A stretch of DNA of 64,000 bases from Macrostomum lignano. Taxonomy: Eukaryota. Location of the stretch: the NCBI GenBank assembly GCA_002269645.1, contig NIVC01002226.1, positions 1 to 64,000 on the forward strand, read 5' to 3'. Under the pieces are notes generated by a model, which saw only the letters and a list, made by a program, of their open reading frames with translations, had not been told where the DNA came from and searched no databases. Below, piece after piece: positions 11,415-64,000 of the stretch (the first letter of the stretch is position 1; every line of letters begins with the position of its first letter). Both the position numbers and the translations under genes were made by a program.

Positions 11415-11790
11415 TAAAGACTTGACTTACTTTCGTCACTTGACTTAGCTTCAGAGGTCTCTGGGCAGCTTGTGTTTCGGTGTCGGGAGATCCGGTGGTG
11501 CTGGTGCCGACGCGAGTTAAATGGTCGCTCGCCCAGTAGCCCTTAGCCTTTAAATAGCGAACTGCAGAAATTCCCGGGCCTGTAAACGTCCGGGTTTGGG
11601 CCGAGGTAGGTGAGCCTGTCCTGAGTAAAGGCTGGGGGGCATTCACAGATGAAGTGATTCGTATTCTCAACATCGGAGAGGCAAAATGGGCATTCTTAAC
11701 TGCGGAATTTTCCCTAGAGGTAGCGATGTCTAGAAAATCAGCCATGGCTTGAGAGGGGATCCCTTAAAGGCAGTTCCATCAGATATGGAC
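11415..11790 (-). mobile_element. Degenerate 3' fragment of a non-LTR retrotransposon (R1/LOA/I-like C-terminal zinc knuckle)
   Basis: The minus strand reads ECPFCLSDVENTNHFICECPPAFTQDRLTYLG (C-x2-C..E..H...C..R..LG pattern of LINE ORF2 ends), flanked by stops and frameshifts. Confidence 0.5.
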
Positions 11791-12112
11791 CCGGGCCGAG
11801 TGTATTGTAGTGTGTCTGGTGCCGGTTTGTATCTGGTACATGTACAGCTACACTATACGAATGAATCAAACATGATAAAAATCCGAAATCATGGTATCTT
11901 CTAAATTATATAAAGTGGAATCAGCGCAAGTCAAGAACAGTTGGTTGAAATACTGGATACAAGTCATTTGACTCTCGATTATTTAGGTTAGTCAGGATTA
12001 GGGTTTATTTTATGTGGTTTAGGTTTGGTAGGTTAGGTTGCAGGTAAGGTTAGTGATGGGGATAGAGTTGGCAGTCAATATGAAATAATCGAATTGCCGG
12101 CAGTTGTCACTG

Positions 12113-12487
12113 GCAGTCACACGTCACGGATAGTCAAGTTTCACTAATAGTCAAGTTTCACTGATAGTCACACGTCACTGATAGTCACACGTCACTGATA
12201 GTCACACGTCACTGATAGTCAAGTTTCACTGATAGTCACACGTCACTGATAGTCAAGTTTCACTGATAGTCACACGTCACTGATAGTCACACGTCACTGA
12301 TAGTCACACGTCACTGATAGTCACACGTCACTGATAGTCAAGTTTCACTGATAGTCACACGTCACTGATAGTCACACGTCACGGATAGTCAAGTTTCACT
12401 ATTAGTCAAGTTTCACTGATAGTCACACGTCACTGATAGTCACACGTCACTGATAGTCACACGTCACTGATAGTCACACGTCACTGG
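12113..12487. repeat. 17-bp minisatellite (AGTCACACGTCACTGAT / AGTCAAGTTTCACTGAT), preceded by degenerate TTAGG(G)-rich tract at ~11985-12060
   Basis: Direct reading; two interleaved unit variants. Confidence 0.92.
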
Positions 12488-13043
12488 CAGCAGTCCAATT
12501 GCGGCAGACCCTGGTACCAGCAATCTTCGCAACAATTTTTCTACTCTAAAAATTCCATATTTAGCAAGTTGTTTCGCCGTAATTTCTCTTGACCACGGCC
12601 GGCAGTGCGAAGCAACAATTAAAAGGTAAATTTTCGTGAAAAAGTTGCTTTCTAGGCTTTTTGACTATGGCAAAACTGATAATTATTGTAATAACCCATG
12701 TCTGTTCCAATTTTTCTTTTTCAATCGTATTCAGCGGCGCCAGTTGAAGGGGATTCAAAATTGGCAGAAGGTCCCTTTAGCAGAGGTAATTCTACTCCGA
12801 GATTGAAGCAAAACAGTTGATGCAAAACAAATTATTTAGATTTAAAAAGAAAATTGCTGAAATAATCGGAGCGAAAAATTTGCTTTGGACTCGCCCACAA
12901 AATCGAAGCTGTTGAGTTTGTAGAGTTATCTATATAGCTGGTCAGTTTCCGCGCCTCGGAGCGGTGAGAAAGCGGGCCAGGATCGATTCTCTAAGCGTTT
13001 CGAACAGTCTTAGTCACCTTGTCCGAAGCTAACTCTTGGCACC

Positions 13044-14185
13044 ATGGCCCAGCTCGCTTCCTTGCCTATATTAAAGCCAGCCCATCTGATTAGCAAGTCC
13101 TTGATTACTCTTTTTAACAAACTTGACATCGGCTATGACTTTAACGACAAAAAAATTCTGGCCAATTTGGTAAGCATCTGCTGATGAAATGTTGACACTT
13201 CTGCGGTGCAAATTAGACGCGCATGTCCCAAGCTCACAGCCAGTTATACTAAAATTTTCAGCCATTCTACGAGAAATCGCCGGAAGACCGGTTGAGCATA
13301 GTTAAAGCGCTTAGGAGCGCTTCATATTTAGATGTGCTCGAGGACAGCGACCTGGAGAGAATTGCTGACGCCATGCGCGTGCATCCGGTTGGACTGAGTG
13401 AGTTGCAGACATTCTTATAGTGCTTGTCATTGCTGATCTACTACGAGTACATCTACATGTAATCATTCGTCTGTCACAGTTTCGAATGCTCATTAAGTTT
13501 ATAATTTGCTCGATAATTTCCAGGAGACACCATACCAACCGATAACCTAATGGTGATTCGCAGCGGCAGTTACCAGGTGAAGACTGAAGTGCCCGACAGA
13601 GCCAGTGGCCAGGTGCTGCACCTGTTTAGAGACAGCGGAGTTGTCGGTTTTGCCGTCAATAAACATCAGCAGCAGCATCAGCACCTGCAGGCCACGGTGA
13701 AGCCGCTGTCTCCAGGCTCCCTGTGGGTGCTGGACTGGACCTTCGTCCTGCCGGCTGTCCGCCGCAGACGGAGTCAAATTGTTCAAAGCTTGAGCAGGTC
13801 GCCAGCCCTGGCGAGTGTCTCCATCGGGCGCCTCGCCGAGCTGGTTGACGGCAGCTTCCAGTTGAAACGGTTCGCAGATGGGCAGCCGCTTTTGCTGCCA
13901 GGCAGCGACCTTCAGGGTGTGCTCATCGTCATCAACGGAGGCTGGGCCGCCGTGCTCGACTGCTGGGGAAACGACGTGCACCGGGTTCGAGCTGGCGGAT
14001 GTCTGATGGCCAAGAAAGCCGACCGGATGACAGCTTCGACGGCTGTTGTTGCGGTGGCAGCCAATCCCTACGGCGGTGAAGGAGCTTCCGACCAGCGTCT
14101 GCTAACTGCCCTGGTGACGGGCGATGCGGCTGCCCGGCTGCTGCAGGAATGCCCCGACATCCCGCGATGGAGCAGCGACGTTTAG
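13044..14185 (+). CDS. PKG/PKA-R-like tandem cyclic-nucleotide-binding (CNB) domain protein without kinase domain, ~307 aa
   Basis: ACCATGG start; exons 13044-13169, 13262-13397, 13524-14185 are in phase. YEKSPEDRLSIVKALRSASYLDVLEDSDLERIADAM and ATVKPLSPGSLWVLD align by eye to the PKG CNB-A domain, and SLSRSPAL..LAELVD..FADGQ..VINGG to CNB-B. AATAAA at 14619. Confidence 0.75.
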
Positions 14186-14756
14186 AAATGGGTCGCTTCG
14201 ATCGGTTTTCTTTATGAAAGATCAGAACTGCAGAAAACGGCGTTCTACTCTCGAACGTAGTTTTTTTACTTTTGTGCGCTTTCTAGGCAATTGTATACAT
14301 GTACGTGTAAACCATGTACATCTAAGAAAGAAACGACAATGTAACTTTTGTAGCGAATGCTCGTGTAGATTTATAAGACCAAGATACATGTAATGTACTA
14401 TCTGTGTTTACTTTAAGCGTCTATTTTTAAATAGCTTTAAATCAAATGCGTACGTAATTTTAATTAAAATCCACAAAACTACTAATCTCTATACACGTAC
14501 ATGTTACTGTTCACTCTCGACGCTTACACCCTTGCAATATGCACGGGTACCTTATGTATTATACTCAAAATTTAAATAGCTTTATATAGCTCGTACATGT
14601 AGTTCAGTTTTGTAAAAGAATAAACAAAAGCAATAATCAAGGACAAGTAGTAAATGTATTTTATGTGTGTAAAACTGCGTATAAAACACAGGTGAGCAGT
14701 TGCTTTTTACTTAATGAAATGCTGCTCATTTAATATAAAATGACACTGTATGCTGG

Positions 14757-15190
14757 CCAGGGGCGTCGCCACTGGGGGGACCAAGGGGGACATGACGGCC
14801 CCGCCCCCCCCCCCCACGCTATGGTGGTGGACATGCCGATTCTTTGTCCCCCACATTATGGAGCAGCGACGTTTAGAAATGGGTCGCGTGTAAAATCGCG
14901 TGTAAAATAACGTAAAAATTATAATAATAAGACCCTATCTTTGCTGACCGGAAATGAATAATTTTGCTTCAGGGCGACAAAACATAGCGCCTGCGGCACC
15001 AAAATGGCGACTACGGCGCTAAGACGAGTGCCTGCGGCGCTGAAATGAGTGCCTGCGGCGCCAAAATGAGTGCCTGCGGCGCTAAAATGAGTGATTGTGG
15101 CGCAAAAATGATTTGGAATTTAGGAATTTAGTCATGCAAAATGTAAAATTCTTGGCTTTGTCCCCCACCATAAAATCCATGGTGACGCCT
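14757..15190. mobile_element. MITE-like non-autonomous DNA transposon with internal 21-bp repeats
   Basis: Imperfect terminal inverted repeats (AGGGGCGTCGCCA / TGGTGACGCCTC). Internal GAGTGCCTGCGGCGCTAAAAT repeats are shared with the element at 60865-61154. No clear TSD. Confidence 0.6.
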
Positions 15191-16256
15191 CGATCTGATG
15201 CAGGTCGTCAAAGTATTTGATCGACGAAGTGTCCATTAGCCATATTGACTTGTCGAATATTTATAAAAGTGAAGATCAAACTTCTCCATGGTATGTCAAA
15301 TATCACACAGCTGACTGCAATCTAAATATACAAATCTCTAAGGTTTGTATCCTTGCTTTGCTTGCTTGTAATATATACATGTACATGTTCTACTTATGTC
15401 GAAATCTACAACCAAATTAATGCGTTTGGTACGTCTTTGTTGGTTGTGAATAAATCAGCAAAAATCAACCCCACCGGCCCAGGTGTTCTGCACATAGGCT
15501 TGTGTTGTTGGGTGCACACATGATGTCTCTTCTGTGACTTGAGGCCAAAACCAAAGTACGATCGTAGCCATGCATATAGCTTGAAGTACATGTACACTAC
15601 ATATTCAGCCGTACTTTAGAGGTTTGCATCAGAACGGAGAGAAGCCGTACAACACAAAACTTTAAGTAAATGACAATATGAGATATTATAAGAGGAGAGA
15701 CAATTCAAAAAATTGACTTACCTCTTATAATACCAACACGGTACACTCTAATTATATCAATTACACTCCGAGCTGCTTTGTTTCAAGTAATATTAAAGTC
15801 GCAGTAAAACAAAACTGATAGAATAGTTAGTCGTTTTTATGTATCTATGATTTTCTAAACAAAAATTTTTGGTTTTTACTGCATATAATTAAATTTTAAT
15901 TTCACTTTTATATTTTAGTTTTCTTGAAATTTATTTAGGCCGTGTGTACAAAAACAAGATATAATTTCTTAGTAATTTCCTTATTTCACAAATTAAGTCA
16001 TTGTTTCTTAACCAAAATCGCCCTGTCTTGAACAGAAAATTTTAATAAATAAGCTGAATTAAATTTCTATAGTAATAAACTAAGCTGACACTCTGTGTCA
16101 GTCTTTTCAGACTACTCTAATGTGGTAGTTCCGTAATTGTTTTGCTGATTTAACGATAGACTAAGCTGGTTAGCTGGTATCATCTGTAGGCGACAGGCTT
16201 TCTAGTTGCCTCTAGCTCTAGTCTATATTTTTCTCCACTCAGTCGACTGGCTAGCT

Positions 16257-57281
<41,025 letters not shown>

Positions 57282-59415
57282 ATGAGAGACTTATGCAAAC
57301 TATTGAAGAAAAGGAAGTTTCGTTATGAACCAGGCTTTTTTGCTGCACATTTTTGCTAGAATAAATGAATGCTTAAGTTTACTTAAGTAGAAACCTGCGC
57401 AAACTCTTGATTTTTGAGTTTTAAACTTGAAGTTTTACGCCACTGAGGTTAAAATGATACTTCAGTTGAGAACACACTAAGCCAACCCTTTAATGTCAAT
57501 ACTCTAGAACTAGACTTTGTTATTGTACTATTTCTATTAAGAAGTTTTGTGTTTCTCTTTGCACCTGAGCTCTTGTACTTTTGTTTGGCGTGAGATTGAT
57601 TCTTTTTTTAATTCTAATAAATATTCAGACTTCTGCTCTCAAAGGTTTTTTTGATCGACCGCCAACCCCCTTTCCCTCAATGTACACGTATTTTCCACAC
57701 TCATTATTAATCGATAAATTGAAAAAAAAACTACATCCAGACAAACAAAAGCATAGCGCGAATTCAAATTGCGGCTCTATTTCTAAGAAAACAAATGTAG
57801 CTTTTTGAAAAGATAATCTAAATTAATTATGTTAAAAAATTATTTAAATGTGTTCACTACTATTGACAAACTACTGCGAGTAGTTCATTCGCATATGACG
57901 CCGCTGTTTGATTTATGCGCAATGTTTTGTTGTACCATCGGACCTTGTCCTGCTGCTTATTAAGTTGTTTAAACTATTGTGAGATTATAATAAGCAAGTC
58001 GCTGCTTTGTTTTACTACTCGCTGTGCATTCTTGTTCGAGTAGTAATGCACGCCCAACATGTTTGAGTCGCCTATACCCGCCCACTCGCATCCTCAGCCT
58101 CAATTCCTTGATTGATCAACAATTAACTCTACGGCAGATATCACTATCTCGGACTTTCTTTTATTGCCCTCTTACTTATCAATTAGCTGGTTTGCACCGG
58201 AAAAGTAGCGAAATAAATAAATATATATACCGGTATTCAACAGACAAAAACCTAAGTAAATTAGTGTGTGTGTACTTCGCCCCCAGCCTTGTTGTTTCCC
58301 GTTTTTGTGATTAAACAATTGGTTTCTGGTGTGTTTTTTGTTTGTTATTTGTTTATTTTTCGACTTACAGTACATCTACACATTCAGGTGTAGGTGCAGT
58401 ACTCGTCGTCGTCTACTTCGTATAGCTGAATTGTATTGGCTCTGCAGGCAGAGTCCCAGGACACCAAATACCGGTACTGTATACCGGCGCCCTCAGTGCT
58501 TAGGATCGTGGCCCCTTCGAATTCTTACGTACGCCACTAAAGTACATATGCTGAGCACTTTAGGTGTAAGACTACTAGCATTTAGTTTGGGCTCATTGAA
58601 TTTTCGTTTGCAGGACGGTCGCAGCGCCACCTATTTGAAAACACGTTAAATTCAAGTACTATAGCCCCTTAAGAAAAGTAGTAACATTTTTAACAAAATG
58701 AGAGGCAGATATATCTGAGTCCTAAACTGGAGTCTGTCCTGCAAGCGCTACAAAACCCTTGGATTTGAATGCGTGCGCAGTAACAGGGACTCCTGGGCCC
58801 GCTTCGCTTAGGCGTAGTCAGTCCCTGGCAGTAAACACGGATTGGCGATTAGCCCTAGTGTCACCACCTTCAAGGGGTACATGGGTGTGAGAAAGGGAAG
58901 GCTGACCCTCAAGGCGCAGTGTGTTACATGGCTGACAATTTGACGATTAGTCAAGCCCGCTATACGCACCCTGTGTGAGGATGTATAAACGCGTGCCTGC
59001 AAAGCATGCGGTTCTCCGGGATGTTTTATAAGGAGTCAGCGGAAAGAAACAGGACTGTGCATAGTGTTGTTTTCGAGACAATATTGTTGAAAGTGTTTAA
59101 AACTTATTTTTTAAATAATTTATCATTTGTAAGATAAAAACTTTGTTTAGTTGTTGTTTTACTGGTGAATCGTAAAAGGCTCAGCGATGATTATTTCAAA
59201 TTCTATGAATTCTATGAATCAGCATTTGCCTGAGCCAATTTACAACTACTACATTCAACAAATTTCGTAAAGTTGTGCAACTTCTTTTCTTTTTTTAAAC
59301 GCATCACTCCGATTCCTCCGAATTGTAAGAGCTTCTGTCAATCAGCATAAAAATTACTCATTATATTTAATACTAACTTAGAGGTTTTTTATAGTTAAAC
59401 TCTCAATAATTTCAA

Positions 59416-64000
<4,585 letters not shown>

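Noticed and set aside
11338-11745. 135-aa minus-strand ORF with good Kozak context and a downstream GTAAGT
   Set aside because: It overlaps the LINE zinc-knuckle remnant in another frame and no further exons were found; likely incidental.
58012-58051. Overlapping stems (TTACTACTCG/CGAGTAGTAA and GTGCATT/AATGCAC) suggesting a pseudoknot
   Set aside because: A zero-length connecting loop makes a simultaneous H-type fold implausible; single copy, with no supporting context such as a telomerase template.
58329-58650. Possible small exons between UBR4 and RTCA on either strand
   Set aside because: Several acceptor-like sites exist, but there is no consistent multi-exon frame or recognisable product.

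Overview
Eukaryotic (animal) genomic DNA with GT-AG introns and repeat-filled introns. It resembles a free-living flatworm such as Macrostomum, but that is inference only. Four host genes lie on the + strand: (1) a 12-exon, ~1,043-aa DEG/ENaC channel whose extracellular loop carries two kringle domains and a WSC domain nested inside the first kringle (the most unusual feature here); (2) a 3-exon PKG-like tandem cyclic-nucleotide-binding protein with no kinase domain and degenerate binding cassettes; (3) a 27-exon, ~5,450-aa UBR4/p600 E3 ligase with one apparent frameshift; (4) the 5' part of RTCA. Also present are a decayed Crypton-type tyrosine-recombinase transposon with a clustered 8-bp motif, two tRNA-derived SINE families (one CORE-like, one with a covarying hairpin), MITEs, a LINE remnant, and a tandem array in 20 consecutive UBR4 introns. 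All gene models were built by hand from splice signals and reading-frame phase. Family assignments come from recalled motifs, not database searches.
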